The notes below the pieces were generated by a model. It made no database searches. It was not told where the DNA came from and saw only the letters and a list, made by a program, of their open reading frames with translations. Positions 25,941 to 37,220 of a stretch of DNA of 64,000 nt are shown piece by piece; position 1 is the first letter of the stretch; each line of letters begins with the position of its first letter. The position numbers were made by a program, and so were the translations under genes. The stretch is from an uncultured Alphaproteobacteria bacterium. Lineage in GTDB: Bacteria > Pseudomonadota > Alphaproteobacteria > Caulobacterales > Hyphomonadaceae. The stretch lies in NCBI GenBank assembly GCA_963738625.1, contig CAVTXH010000003.1, positions 196,110 through 260,109 on the forward strand, given 5' to 3'.

Positions 25941-26339
25941 CTATGCCTTGCCCATCAACAGCTCGCCCATCTTCTGGTGCAGCACGTTGATCGCCTTCAG
26001 CGGGCGCACCATCACCTTGAAATGCGTGATCAGGCCCGCATCGTTCCAGTGGATGAGATCGACGCCATTGATTTTGATGCCGTCGATCTCGCTGAAGAAT
26101 TCCAGCACGGCCGACTTCTCGCCGAACCACTCGCCGCCATAGCGGAAGTGCTCCGTGTTCAGCACTTTCAGCGCCCCGCGCAGATATTTTTCCACGATGG
26201 CGCGGCCGACCTGGGGCGTGTGCACCACCGGGCTCTCGAACACCGCATCCTCCGCCAGCATCCCGGCCAGCTCCTCCGGCAGGTTCTGCAGCGCGATGCG
26301 ATGCCAGCGCCTGATCGTTTCTGGAATCTCACCCGCCAT
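25941..26339 (-). CDS. NTF2-like / SnoaL-like family protein
   Basis: The 132 aa from Met33 of the listed ORF fit a SnoaL-like layout (WHRIALQNLPEELAGMLAEDAVFESPVVHTPQVGRAIVEKYL...INGVDLIHWNDAGLITHFKVMVRP). Confidence 0.7.
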   Translation of the reverse strand: MAGEIPETIRRWHRIALQNLPEELAGMLAEDAVFESPVVHTPQVGRAIVEKYLRGALKVLNTEHFRYGGEWFGEKSAVLEFFSEIDGIKINGVDLIHWNDAGLITHFKVMVRPLKAINVLHQKMGELLMGKA

Positions 26340-26910
26340 CGCCAGTCTCCATCTTCCGCTCCGGACGGAGCATCGCGGGCAAATCCGCTTGAGCGTTGAT
26401 CCGCCGTTGCAGCTCAGGTGTCCAGACCTCGCCATCCTCCGTCAAGCTGTCGCCCTCCACGTCCGCTTCGCCCAAGCTGACCTCGCCAAGGCTCTTCACT
26501 CCGGCCACGCGCGGATCGGGCGCCAGCTCCACCTTCGGCGCCTCCAGCCGCTGCGGCGCCGCCATCGCGCCCAGCATACGCTCCAGCCGCTCCATCGCGC
26601 CCTCGCCGCCATCGGCCAGCAGCCGCACCGCCTCGCGCATCACCAGCGCCAGCTCCGCGCGCAGCGCCGCCGGCGCATCGGCCGCGCGGTTGCCGTCGCG
26701 GATAGCGTGCAGCGTCCTGCGCGTCGCCTCGCGCGAGCGTTCGAGCTCGATGTCCTTGCGCCGCCACCCGCCCTTCAGCGCCCACTGCGACAGCGTCGAG
26801 ACATGCACGCCCAGCCTGCGCGACACCTCCGCCCGCGACTCGCCCGAGCGCACCAGCCGCTCGGCCTCCATCTCAAGCCCCATCAGTTCCGCATACGTCC
26901 TCGACATCAC
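26329..26910 (-). CDS. Hypothetical protein with an N-terminal helix-turn-helix
   Basis: The HTH reads RSGESRAEVSRRLGVHVSTLSQWALKGGW and the C-terminus is acidic. Its 3' end overlaps the downstream gene's start by 11 nt. Confidence 0.55.
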   Translation of the reverse strand: MMSRTYAELMGLEMEAERLVRSGESRAEVSRRLGVHVSTLSQWALKGGWRRKDIELERSREATRRTLHAIRDGNRAADAPAALRAELALVMREAVRLLADGGEGAMERLERMLGAMAAPQRLEAPKVELAPDPRVAGVKSLGEVSLGEADVEGDSLTEDGEVWTPELQRRINAQADLPAMLRPERKMETGDGG

Positions 26911-27050
26911 CCGCCTCCCGTGCGGAAGGCCCTGCGCCTTCCTGCAGAGCCAGTGTCGAGTCAGCTCCGGGCGGGGTGGGATAAGTTTTCAGGTTGCGGA
27001 GGTTAGGGGGTTGAATCTGCGGGAGTCACACCCTTCGCATCTGTAGGATA

Positions 27051-27148
27051 ACTCCACCAAAGTCCTCCGCCGCGAGAAGCGCGGGGGAGGTGGATCGCTG
27101 ACAAAGTCAGCGAGACGGAGGGGGCCGCCGGCCCTCGGCCGGCGGAGG
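27051..27148 (+). repeat. A-family structured repeat, copy A3
   Basis: ...aagtcctccgccgcgagaagcgcgggggaggtggatcgctgacAAAgtcagcgagacggagggggccgccggccCTCggccggcgg. The repeat also supplies the last codons and the stop of the DUF559 ORF. Confidence 0.8.
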
Positions 27149-27538
27149 CGCCGCGCCAACACCCGGCGGACGCCACATCCCCCGCGCCCTCATCTCGTCC
27201 ACCGCCCGCATCATGATCGTCTCAACCACGCCGGTCTCGTTGCCATAGACCTCGCCATTCCGCACGCGCAGGATCGTCCAGCCCTCGCCTTCGAGATAAG
27301 CCGTTCGCCGCGCATCGCGCCGCCGCTCATGCTCGCGCCAGTGCGTCTCGCCATCCACCTCGACCAGAAGCCGCGCCTTCACGCAGGCGAAATCCGCAAT
27401 GTAAGGCCCGACCGGATGCTGCTTGCGGAAGTGAAGCTTGAGCAGCCGGCTTTTCTGCAGCCGCGTACACAGGATCGTTTCGGCCAGCGCAATTGCTTCG
27501 CCCGAGCCCGTGTCCGACGGTGCGCCCGCATTCCCCAT
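27107..27538 (-). CDS. DUF559 (Vsr-like) endonuclease domain protein
   Basis: LHFRKQHPVGPYIADFACVKARLLVEVDGETHWREHERRRDARRTAYLEGEGWTILRVRNGEVY is the typical DUF559 core. The Pro-rich C-terminus is encoded inside repeat A3. The start is taken at Met22 of the listed ORF. Confidence 0.8.
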   Translation of the reverse strand: MGNAGAPSDTGSGEAIALAETILCTRLQKSRLLKLHFRKQHPVGPYIADFACVKARLLVEVDGETHWREHERRRDARRTAYLEGEGWTILRVRNGEVYGNETGVVETIMMRAVDEMRARGMWRPPGVGAAPPPAEGRRPPPSR

Positions 27539-27540
27539 CC

Positions 27541-27621
27541 GGTCGCTCCGCGACCGGCCCCTTCCGTCTCGCGCGCTACGCACGCGATCCACCTTCCCCA
27601 CTTCGTGGGGCAGGACTTCTT
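27541..27621 (-). repeat. A-family structured repeat, copy A5 (inverted)
   Basis: The plus strand reads ggtcgcTCCgcgacc-ggccccttccgtctcg-cgcgctacgcacgcg-atccaccttcc-ccacTTCgtgggg-caggac. It aligns with copy A2. Confidence 0.75.
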
Positions 27622-27636
27622 TAGCGCATCAAAGAA

Positions 27637-27725
27637 AAGTCCTCCACCAGTCGAAGACCGGGGGAGGTGGATCGGCGCGCAGCGCCGAGACGGAGGGGGC
27701 AGGCCGCCGAAGGCGGGCGGATGGC
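27637..27725 (+). repeat. A-family structured repeat, copy A4
   Basis: aagtcctccaccagtcGAAgaccgggggaggtggatcggcgcGCAgcgccgagacggagggggcaggccgccGAAggcgggcgg. It forms a near-palindrome with the adjacent A5. Confidence 0.8.
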
Positions 27726-27729
27726 GGGA

Positions 27730-30018
<2,289 letters not shown>

Positions 30019-30178
30019 GCCGGCAATATGGAGCGTTCGCCCCGCGTTCGCCAGCCCGTCAGTGACAGGCTGCTGACATGACCGTGGCAACAACCTGCGG
30101 CGGCGCACGGCGCTGTTGGCGACGCAGGCGTAGGATAGAGTCGCCGACCGGCTGTTGAAGGCTTTCGGGTAGAGAGGG

Positions 30179-30367
30179 TTACTTGTTTTCTTTGTCGACG
30201 GTGTCGACGACGGCGCCGACGCCGGCGCCGACGGCGGCGCCGACAGGGCCGGCGATGATGAGGCCGGTGGCGGCGCCGGTCGCGGCGCGCTCCTGCATGT
30301 TAGTGCCGCAGGCGGCGAGCAGCGCAACGCCGGCGACGGCGAGGCAGAGGGTGTTGAGCTTGGTCAT
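30179..30367 (-). CDS. Small glycine-zipper lipoprotein (62 aa), paralog 1
   Basis: MTKLNTLCLAVAGVALLAACGTNMQERAATGAATGLIIAGPVGAAVGAGVGAVV. The core is nearly identical to the neighbouring gene. Confidence 0.7.
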   Translation of the reverse strand: MTKLNTLCLAVAGVALLAACGTNMQERAATGAATGLIIAGPVGAAVGAGVGAVVDTVDKENK

Positions 30368-30511
30368 TGTGATTCCCTTTAGGCCGGCAGAGTCCGGCAA
30401 CCTTCTATCGCGTCCGGCGCCAGACACAAAACAGATGAGCGGGGCCCGGACTTGCGTCCAGAACCCGGCCCAGCAACCCAGCTCACCACGGCGGACTTCC
30501 GATTCCGCGGT

Positions 30512-30733
30512 TTACTTTGTGAATTTGGCGTCAGCGTCGTTCTGATTTTCCTCGGCTTCGTTGACGACCGCGCCAACGCCCGCGCCGACGGCGGCGCCTA
30601 CGGGACCGGCAACCACGAGGCCCGTTGCGGCGCCCGTGGCCGCGCGTTCCTGCATATTCGTTCCGCATCCGCCAAGAAGCGCCAGGGCCAGAAGGGCGGC
30701 GGCAGGAAGATACGTCGCTGAAATGGCGGTCAT
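30512..30733 (-). CDS. Small glycine-zipper lipoprotein (73 aa), paralog 2
   Basis: MTAISATYLPAAALLALALLGGCGTNMQERAATGAATGLVVAGPVGAAVGAGVGAVV. Confidence 0.7.
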   Translation of the reverse strand: MTAISATYLPAAALLALALLGGCGTNMQERAATGAATGLVVAGPVGAAVGAGVGAVVNEAEENQNDADAKFTK

Positions 30734-30935
30734 TCCGGGCTCCTTGGCTTCATGTTTGACTGAGGCTTCAACGCCGCTCACAACGGGGCGGTTCCCAATC
30801 CTTTAGTTAACGGGCCATGTTTACGAGTTCGGGGGCGAAGCAGCTGCGCCACAGTTTAGCTAAACTTGGACGGCCTGCTGGACGTTGAACTCTATCGTTT
30901 GTTTCTAAAGGCCATCCGCCAAACGGAGACCTGTC

Positions 30936-32273
30936 ATGCGTCGCGTCGGGGCCCCCGCCCTTTTTGCCTTCCTCGCCTTGTCTTTCAGCGGCCTTTCCTG
31001 CTTTGGCATAGCGGCCGCACTCGCGCTGTCAGCCGGCGCGCAGCAGCCAGGCGCGTGGACCACGTCGCTGAACTGGCCGGACGGACGGGAGATGCAGTGG
31101 CGCTCCACCTCCGCGCCAGGGTGCGACGGCTCGAACGTCGAGCTGCGGCTGAACAACAACTCGTCCTCCGCCGGGACGGCGCGGATGAGCTCGGCGACTT
31201 TCGCCTGCAAGCGCGGCGGGCAGTACACCAGCCCGGGGCGCGTGCTCGGCACGGTCTCCGCTGGCGGCTCCGTCGTAGCGCCGACGATCAACTGCGCCTG
31301 CCCCGACAAGGGCGGCGTCAAGGAAGTTCTCGAAGTCGATATGGAGTTCCTGCGCGACGGCGTTGGACAAGAAACGGCGGGCAATGGCTGCACCTATCAG
31401 GGCAACTACGCCAATGGTCAGCGCAGCGGCAAGGGCGTCTATGCCTGCCCGGGCGGCTATCGCTATGAGGGCCAGTTCCTGATGGGCGAGCTGAACGGCC
31501 TCGGCACGGAGACGCTGGGCAGCGGGCAGAAGTACGAAGGCAATTTCGTCAACGGCCGGCGCCAGGGCCTCGGCAAGATGACCTATATCGACGGCTCCGC
31601 CTACGAAGGCGAGTTCAAGGACAGCAAGCGCGAAGGCACGGGCACAACGACCTACAAGGACAAGTCGCAATACATCGGCGAGTGGAAGGCGGACTTGCGC
31701 GTCGGCCACGGCACTTATGTCGCCGCCGACAAGTCGTGGACGTTCGACGGCGAGTGGCAGAACAACCTTCGCAACGGGCCGGGCAAGCTGATCTACAACG
31801 ACGGCTCGTACACGTATGAAGGCCCGTTCCGGAACGACCTGCGCGACGGCCAGGGCACGGCGACGTTCAGCGACGGTCGGGTGTTCAAGGGCGCGTTCGT
31901 CGCCAACGAGCAGAACGGGGCCGGCACGCTCACCTATCCCGACGGCCGCAAGATCATCGGCAACTTCAAGGACCATCGCCCGCACGGCGCGGCGATCGAG
32001 ACGGGACCCGCCGCGACCTTCGACGGCAACTGGGCGAACGGACTGCTCGATGGTAAGGTGATCATCAGCTATTCGACGGGCGACCGCTTTGAAGGGACGT
32101 TCACCGCCGGCAAGCGCAACGGCCCCGGCGTCGAGACGCGCGCCGACGGTTCGAAATCCGAATGCCGGTGGGTGAACGACGCGCGGCAGGAGCCCTGCAC
32201 GCAGATCACCAAGGACGGCAAGCGCATCGAGTTCCGTGGCCGCTCGAAGAGCGGCAGGAACAGGGCCAACTGA
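30936..32273 (+). CDS. Secreted MORN-repeat protein with a Cys-containing N-terminal domain
   Basis: A signal peptide is followed by about 11 MORN-type repeats (YEGxFxxGxxxGxGxxxY/F, for example YEGQFLMGELNGLGTET, YEGNFVNGRRQGLGKMTY, YEGEFKDSKREGTGTTTY). Confidence 0.85.
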   Translation: MRRVGAPALFAFLALSFSGLSCFGIAAALALSAGAQQPGAWTTSLNWPDGREMQWRSTSAPGCDGSNVELRLNNNSSSAGTARMSSATFACKRGGQYTSPGRVLGTVSAGGSVVAPTINCACPDKGGVKEVLEVDMEFLRDGVGQETAGNGCTYQGNYANGQRSGKGVYACPGGYRYEGQFLMGELNGLGTETLGSGQKYEGNFVNGRRQGLGKMTYIDGSAYEGEFKDSKREGTGTTTYKDKSQYIGEWKADLRVGHGTYVAADKSWTFDGEWQNNLRNGPGKLIYNDGSYTYEGPFRNDLRDGQGTATFSDGRVFKGAFVANEQNGAGTLTYPDGRKIIGNFKDHRPHGAAIETGPAATFDGNWANGLLDGKVIISYSTGDRFEGTFTAGKRNGPGVETRADGSKSECRWVNDARQEPCTQITKDGKRIEFRGRSKSGRNRAN

Positions 32274-32298
32274 AGCGGCGCCCGAAGACAAAAATAAG

Positions 32299-32332
32299 AC
32301 GCCGCGGCTGGAGGGCCGCGGCGTTTCTGTTT
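32299..32332. terminator. Bidirectional rho-independent terminator between convergent genes
   Basis: The 10-bp GC stem pairs acgccgcggc (32299-32308) with gccgcggcgt (32315-32324). The loop is tggagg. The flanks are aaaaataag upstream and ttctgttt downstream. Confidence 0.75.
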
Positions 32333-32345
32333 GAGGATCGTGCGG

Positions 32346-33473
32346 CTATTGCTCGTCGCGGTCGCCGGCGCGCGCATTGCTCTTGCCGGACCGGTCGTTG
32401 GCGCGGCCGCCTTCGAGGATGCCGTAAAGGCCGTAATTGCCTTCATGGCAGGCGTATTCGAAGACGTGGCTGTTGACCTTGTTGAGGCCGACCTCGCCTT
32501 TCCATACCTGGCTGTAAAGAGCGGGATCGTGGACCTCGAACTCGTAGAGGACCTGGGTGTCCGAGTAGCGCGTGAACCGCTCGATGATCTTGCCGCCTTC
32601 GGTAAGCTGCACCTGGCCGCCGCCGTTCGGGTTGATGTTGACGGTCTCGACGACCAGCGTGTCGCCGTCCCACCAACCGATCGAGTCGCCGAGATAGGGG
32701 TTCAGCGACTTCGGCTTGTGCTTGCCGCCGATCGGAATGATGCGGGCGTCGTGGTTCATCTCGACCACGATAACGACGGCGTCCTTCGACTGAATAATTT
32801 GATAGTTGTTGTTGTAGAGCACGTTCATCATCGGCGGGCCGCCTGTGCCGCCGAAGCCGACGATGCACCGTTCGCCCGCGCCGCGTTCTTCCGGGTTGTC
32901 ATAGCCGGCGCCGCGGCCCTGCCCGCGCTGGCCGCGCATGCCGGCGAGAAGCTTGCGCCCTTCTTCCGAGAACGGAACCGAACCCGACGGCGGATCGACG
33001 ATCCACGACGTGCGCCACGTGCCCTTCACGTTGGCGAGGCTGGAGCCCGGATCGATCCAGAACGAGTTGTAGCCACGGCCAGAGGCGAGATCCTTCCCGT
33101 CGAGCTTGCCGTCCGTGATTTTCTGGTTGTCGTCGGTCGCCTGGCGGATATTGGAGGGGTCGGTCTTGCGCGCGACCTCGGCTTCCTCGTCGGAGAGCAC
33201 CAGCGTCTTGAACTTGCCCGGGCGCGTCATGCGCGTATTGGAGGCGTTCGACCAGACGCCGGTGAGATCCGGCTGGCCGATGGCGAGGCGCGGGGCGACA
33301 TAGCCGGCGGCGACGCGATCGCCTTCCCTGGCGGGTTTGAGGTTGTGCACCTCGACGCGGGCGCCGGTCTGCGCCGCCGCCTGGGCCGAGGCGGCGCCGG
33401 CTCCGGCTCCGGCTCCGGATACGACAAGCATGGCGGCCAGGGCCGCCAGCGAAACGTGGCGCAGAGTGATCAT
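32346..33473 (-). CDS. Conserved periplasmic protein of unknown function, tandem paralog 1
   Basis: A signal peptide (MITLRHVSLAALAAMLVVSGAGAG...) is followed by conserved blocks shared with the neighbour: GVWSNASNT, GRGYNSFWIDPG, VKGTWRTSWIVDPP, GDSIGWWDGDTLVVETVN, ERFTRY, EYACHEGNY. A GGGAGGAG Shine-Dalgarno precedes the ATG. Confidence 0.8.
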   Translation of the reverse strand: MITLRHVSLAALAAMLVVSGAGAGAGAASAQAAAQTGARVEVHNLKPAREGDRVAAGYVAPRLAIGQPDLTGVWSNASNTRMTRPGKFKTLVLSDEEAEVARKTDPSNIRQATDDNQKITDGKLDGKDLASGRGYNSFWIDPGSSLANVKGTWRTSWIVDPPSGSVPFSEEGRKLLAGMRGQRGQGRGAGYDNPEERGAGERCIVGFGGTGGPPMMNVLYNNNYQIIQSKDAVVIVVEMNHDARIIPIGGKHKPKSLNPYLGDSIGWWDGDTLVVETVNINPNGGGQVQLTEGGKIIERFTRYSDTQVLYEFEVHDPALYSQVWKGEVGLNKVNSHVFEYACHEGNYGLYGILEGGRANDRSGKSNARAGDRDEQ

Positions 33474-33556
33474 TTTCATCTCCTCCCGGACGGGCTCGTT
33501 GGCCCGCCGTTTATTTTTTGGCCGCACGCAAGGTCAGCTCCTGGCGGACCCGAGGA

Positions 33557-34678
33557 TTATTCCTCGCCGTCCTTGCGGGCGTCGTTCACCTTGCCCTCGC
33601 GATCGTTCTTGCGACCCGCTTCGAGGATGCCGTGCAGGGCGTAGTTGCCCTCGTGGCACGCGTATTCATAGATGGCGTTCGCAGCGTTGAGCGACATCTG
33701 GCCTTTCCACACCTGCGTGTAGTTGTCCGGATCTTCGACCTCGAACTCGTAGAACACCTGCCGGTCGTTGTAGCGCGTAAAGCGTTCTGTGATCTTGCCG
33801 TTGGGGCCGAGCTGCACGCCGCCGCCGCCACGCTGCATGTTGATGGTCTCGACCACCAGCGTGTCGCCGTCCCACCAACCGATGGAATCGCCCATCCACG
33901 GCGCGAGCTCCTTGGCTTTGTGCTTGGCGTTGAGCGGGACGATGCGTGAATCGTGGATCATCTCAGACATGATCACGACATGGTCCGGCGACTGAACAAT
34001 CTGCGTCGTGTTGTTGTAGAGGTAGTTGCCGATCGGCGGACCGGACGTGCCGAGGATGAAGCAGCGTTCGTTGAGGTTGCGCTCTTCCGGGTTGTTGTAG
34101 CCATAGCCGGGGTCGCGGCCTGCAGCGTTCTGCGGCCGGCCGCCGCCATAGCCGCGGCCGGCGGCGCCCGCCTTGGACGGCACCTGCCCGTTCGGCGGGT
34201 CGACGATCCAGGACGTGCGCCACGTACCTTTGACCATCGCGTAGTTATTACCCGGATCGATCCAGAACGCGTTGTAGCCGCGGCCAGAGGTCAGGTCCTT
34301 GCCAGTGAGCAGGCCGTCTTCCGTCTTCTGGTTGTCGTCGGTCCGCTGGCGGACGTTCTGCGGGTTGGCGGCCCGGGCCTTGGCGGCCTCCTCGTCGGTC
34401 ATCACCAGGTTTTTGACGCTGCCCGGACGGCGCAGCGAGGTGTTGGAAGCGTTGGACCAGACGCCGGTGATGTCGGGCTTGCCGTCCTTGAGGCGCGGAA
34501 CCTTGTAGCCCGGCTCGACGGTCGGAGCGTTGATCGCCGCCGTGTCGACGTCCGGGCCGGCCTTGGCGACGCCGGACTTCATGTCGCCAAAGTCGACCCC
34601 CACCGCCTGGGCGAAGGCAGCGCCCGATAGCGGCAACGCGGCAACCATGACGGCGAGCGAGACGTGGCGCAGTTTCAT
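33557..34678 (-). CDS. Conserved periplasmic protein of unknown function, tandem paralog 2
   Basis: The block structure is the same as 32346..33473 (GVWSNASNTS, GRGYNAFWIDPG, VKGTWRTSWIVDPP, GDSIGWWDGDTLVVETIN, EYACHEGNY). The signal peptide is MKLRHVSLAVMVAALPLSGAAFA. Confidence 0.8.
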   Translation of the reverse strand: MKLRHVSLAVMVAALPLSGAAFAQAVGVDFGDMKSGVAKAGPDVDTAAINAPTVEPGYKVPRLKDGKPDITGVWSNASNTSLRRPGSVKNLVMTDEEAAKARAANPQNVRQRTDDNQKTEDGLLTGKDLTSGRGYNAFWIDPGNNYAMVKGTWRTSWIVDPPNGQVPSKAGAAGRGYGGGRPQNAAGRDPGYGYNNPEERNLNERCFILGTSGPPIGNYLYNNTTQIVQSPDHVVIMSEMIHDSRIVPLNAKHKAKELAPWMGDSIGWWDGDTLVVETINMQRGGGGVQLGPNGKITERFTRYNDRQVFYEFEVEDPDNYTQVWKGQMSLNAANAIYEYACHEGNYALHGILEAGRKNDREGKVNDARKDGEE

Positions 34679-34847
34679 AGCTTTTTCCCCGGCGCCGGCA
34701 TGAACCAGCTTGTTGCACGCGTCTGCGTAATGCGTCTTACGGCGATAGATGCCGAATCCGTCGAACCCTCACAAGCTGCGGGGGTGTCGCGCCTGGGGTT
34801 CTCGCGTCGAAGTGAAGGATTCGCTGCTTTTTCTTGACCGGGCAGCC

Positions 34848-35513
34848 CTAACTCGCCCCGTCCAGCACGGCCTGGACCAGCCCGACCGCGTCCGGCGCGT
34901 CCCATTTCGCCGGATAGATGAGGCGCGCCTTCTCCCGCCCCTGCCTGTCGTAGATAATGGTCGAGGGGAAAGCGCCCGACTTGGCGTCGGCATTAACGTT
35001 GAACTTGTCGTCGTAATAGAATGGGAGCTGGTCGCCGACGAGTTCGGCGAGCTTCTTCCGGGCTGACTCCCGGGCTTCGGGATAGCCGAAGGCGATCGGA
35101 ATCACGACCACATCCGTGCCCGCGAACGCCTTCTGCAGGCCGGCCAGCGTCGGCATTTCCTCAACACAAGGGGCGCACCACTCCGCCCAGATATTGAACA
35201 CGACCACCTTGCCCTTGAACTCGGCGAAGGTGTGCGGATTGCCGGCGGCGTCCATGAAGGCCGAGGCCGGGATGGTCATCTCCGGCATGAATTCGAGCTG
35301 GTCCAGCTGGCCCTTCTTGAAGCTCTTGAGATCGGCTGCGACCGCGGGGGCCGCCTCAGGGGCGGCGGCCGATCCGGCAGGCGCGGCCGCGGTTCCGCTG
35401 TCCGGCTGGCAAGCGGCCGCGAAGAGTGCGAGAAGCGCGGCGGCAAGGGTGGTATTGAGGCGGCGCGGTGCGGTCATGAGGCTGTTCCGTGCGAATCCAG
35501 AGGCTTGGGACAT
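34848..35513 (-). CDS. tlpA: TlpA-family periplasmic thiol:disulfide oxidoreductase (thioredoxin fold)
   Basis: The active site is WAEWCAPC (CxxC). The lipoprotein-like signal is [13 protein letters not shown]. The gene is divergent from argH. The real start may be Met13 (35477). Confidence 0.85.
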   Translation of the reverse strand: MSQASGFARNSLMTAPRRLNTTLAAALLALFAAACQPDSGTAAAPAGSAAAPEAAPAVAADLKSFKKGQLDQLEFMPEMTIPASAFMDAAGNPHTFAEFKGKVVVFNIWAEWCAPCVEEMPTLAGLQKAFAGTDVVVIPIAFGYPEARESARKKLAELVGDQLPFYYDDKFNVNADAKSGAFPSTIIYDRQGREKARLIYPAKWDAPDAVGLVQAVLDGAS

Positions 35514-35514
35514 A

Positions 35515-36933
35515 ATGACGAAACGTCCCGATGAGCAGTCAGTAGGTCAGGCAGCAGGCCAAGCAATGTGGGGCGGCCGGTTCTCGGCGCGCCCGGATCA
35601 GGTCATGGAGGCGATAAACGCCTCCATCGATACCGACAAGCGCCTCGCTGAACAGGACATCGCCGGCTCGAAGGCGCATGCGGCCATGCTGGCGAAGGCG
35701 GGCGTGATCTCGGCGGCGGACGCCAAGGCCATCGCCGATGGGCTGGATAAAGTCCTTGCCGAGATCAAGGACGGAAAGTTCCAGTTTTCCAAGGCGCTGG
35801 AAGACATCCACATGAACGTGGAATCGCGCCTGAAGGAAATCATCGGCGAACCGGCCGGGCGGCTTCACACGGCGAGGTCGCGCAACGACCAGGTGGCGGT
35901 CGATTTCCGGCTGTGGGTCAAATCCGCGTGTGAGATGCGGGGGGCGCAGATCACCGGGCTGATGAAGGCGCTGCTCGGCCAGGCGGAAAAGCACTCCGAG
36001 TCGGTGATGCCCGGCTTTACCCATCTGCAGACGGCTCAGCCAGTGACGTTTGGCCACCACCTGATGGCCTATGTCGAGATGCTGGATCGCGACCGCGGGC
36101 GCTTCGCCGATGCCATCTCGCGGATGAACGAGTCGCCGCTCGGCGCCGCGGCGCTGGCGGGCACGGGCTTTCCGATCGACCGGCATATGACCGCGAAAGC
36201 GTTAGGCTTCGACGCGCCGATGGCGAACTCGCTCGATGCGGTGTCGGCGCGCGACTTCGCGCTCGAGGCGCTGGCGGCGGCGGCGATCTGCGCGCAGCAT
36301 CTCTCGCGCCTGGCGGAAGAGATCGTGCTGTGGTCCTCGGCGCAGTTCGGCTTCGTGAAGCTGTCGGATGCTTGGTCGACCGGCTCGTCCATCATGCCGC
36401 AGAAGCGCAATCCGGATGCGGCCGAGCTGGTGCGCGCCAAGACCGGACGCGCCGTGGGATCGCTGGTGCAGCTTCTCGTCATCATGAAGGGCCTGCCGCT
36501 CGCCTATTCGAAGGACATGCAGGAAGACAAGCAAACGACGTTCGAGGCGTTCGACGCGCTCGACCTGTCGCTGCAGGCGATGACGGGAATGATCGAGACG
36601 ATGGCGCCCAACGTGGAGCGCATGCGCGCTTCGGCGGCTTCGGGCTTCTCGACGGCGACGGATCTGGCAGACTGGCTGGTGCGGGAGCTCAACATCCCGT
36701 TCCGCGAGGCGCACCACATTACCGGCGCAGCGGTGAAAGCGGCCGAAATGGCAGGCCTCGCCCTGCCCGACCTGCCGCTCGGGGCCCTCAAAGCCATCGA
36801 ACCGCGCATCACCGACAAGGTCTTTGCAGTGCTTACGGTTGAAGCCTCGGTCGCCAGCCGCCAGAGTTACGGCGGCACTGCCCCGGTCCGCGTGAAAGAA
36901 CAGATCGCGGCGTGGAAGGAGAAACTGAAGTGA
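35515..36933 (+). CDS. argH: Argininosuccinate lyase
   Basis: MWGGRFS..., the fumarate-lyase signature [12 protein letters not shown], and full-length similarity to ArgH. I chose the start at MTKRPDEQ. The long upstream extension is antisense to tlpA. Confidence 0.95.
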   Translation: MTKRPDEQSVGQAAGQAMWGGRFSARPDQVMEAINASIDTDKRLAEQDIAGSKAHAAMLAKAGVISAADAKAIADGLDKVLAEIKDGKFQFSKALEDIHMNVESRLKEIIGEPAGRLHTARSRNDQVAVDFRLWVKSACEMRGAQITGLMKALLGQAEKHSESVMPGFTHLQTAQPVTFGHHLMAYVEMLDRDRGRFADAISRMNESPLGAAALAGTGFPIDRHMTAKALGFDAPMANSLDAVSARDFALEALAAAAICAQHLSRLAEEIVLWSSAQFGFVKLSDAWSTGSSIMPQKRNPDAAELVRAKTGRAVGSLVQLLVIMKGLPLAYSKDMQEDKQTTFEAFDALDLSLQAMTGMIETMAPNVERMRASAASGFSTATDLADWLVRELNIPFREAHHITGAAVKAAEMAGLALPDLPLGALKAIEPRITDKVFAVLTVEASVASRQSYGGTAPVRVKEQIAAWKEKLK

Positions 36934-37196
36934 TGCGTATCACCCTCGCCGTCCTCGCTGCTGTTGCGTCGCTGTCTGCCTGCGGGCTGCGTGGAGGCCT
37001 GGAACGGCCCATGCCGATGTGGGGCAATCCGCCGAACGAGGGCCCGCTCGATCCGCGCTCCATCAAGGAGGCCGAGGAGAAGGCGAAGGCCGAGAAGGAA
37101 CGCCTGGAGGCCGAACGGGCGGCGGAGCGCCAGCGGCAGGAGCAGCTGCTCCAGCAGCAGCTCGACGCCACGCCCACGCCTGCGACGCCGCAATAG
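36933..37196 (+). CDS. Small lipoprotein upstream of lysA (LptM/YifL-like)
   Basis: [26 protein letters not shown] carries a lipobox plus a CGL(K/R)G motif. A TGATG overlap links it to the argH stop. The tail is Glu/Lys/Gln-rich. Confidence 0.55.
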   Translation: MRITLAVLAAVASLSACGLRGGLERPMPMWGNPPNEGPLDPRSIKEAEEKAKAEKERLEAERAAERQRQEQLLQQQLDATPTPATPQ

Positions 37197-37220
37197 AACA
37201 GACCAAGACAGACCTATCTC

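Noticed and set aside
27080-27095. Resemblance of the A-repeat motif (reverse complement GATCCACCTCC) to the 16S rRNA 3' anti-Shine-Dalgarno end (GATCACCTCC)
   Set aside because: The match is short and imperfect in GC-rich DNA, and there is no rRNA context. It is most likely coincidental.
30019-30327. N-terminal 103-codon extension of the uvrB ORF
   Set aside because: The extension is Pro/Ser/Ala-rich, overlaps the small lipoprotein gene on the same strand in another frame, and is not part of known UvrB proteins. An internal ATG at 30018 gives a normal N-terminus.
31029-33644. 420-aa minus-strand ORF (31029..32291) and 437-aa plus-strand ORF (32331..33644)
   Set aside because: They are antisense to the MORN gene and to periplasmic paralog 1 respectively. 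Their composition is Arg/Ala/Gly/Val-rich and repetitive.
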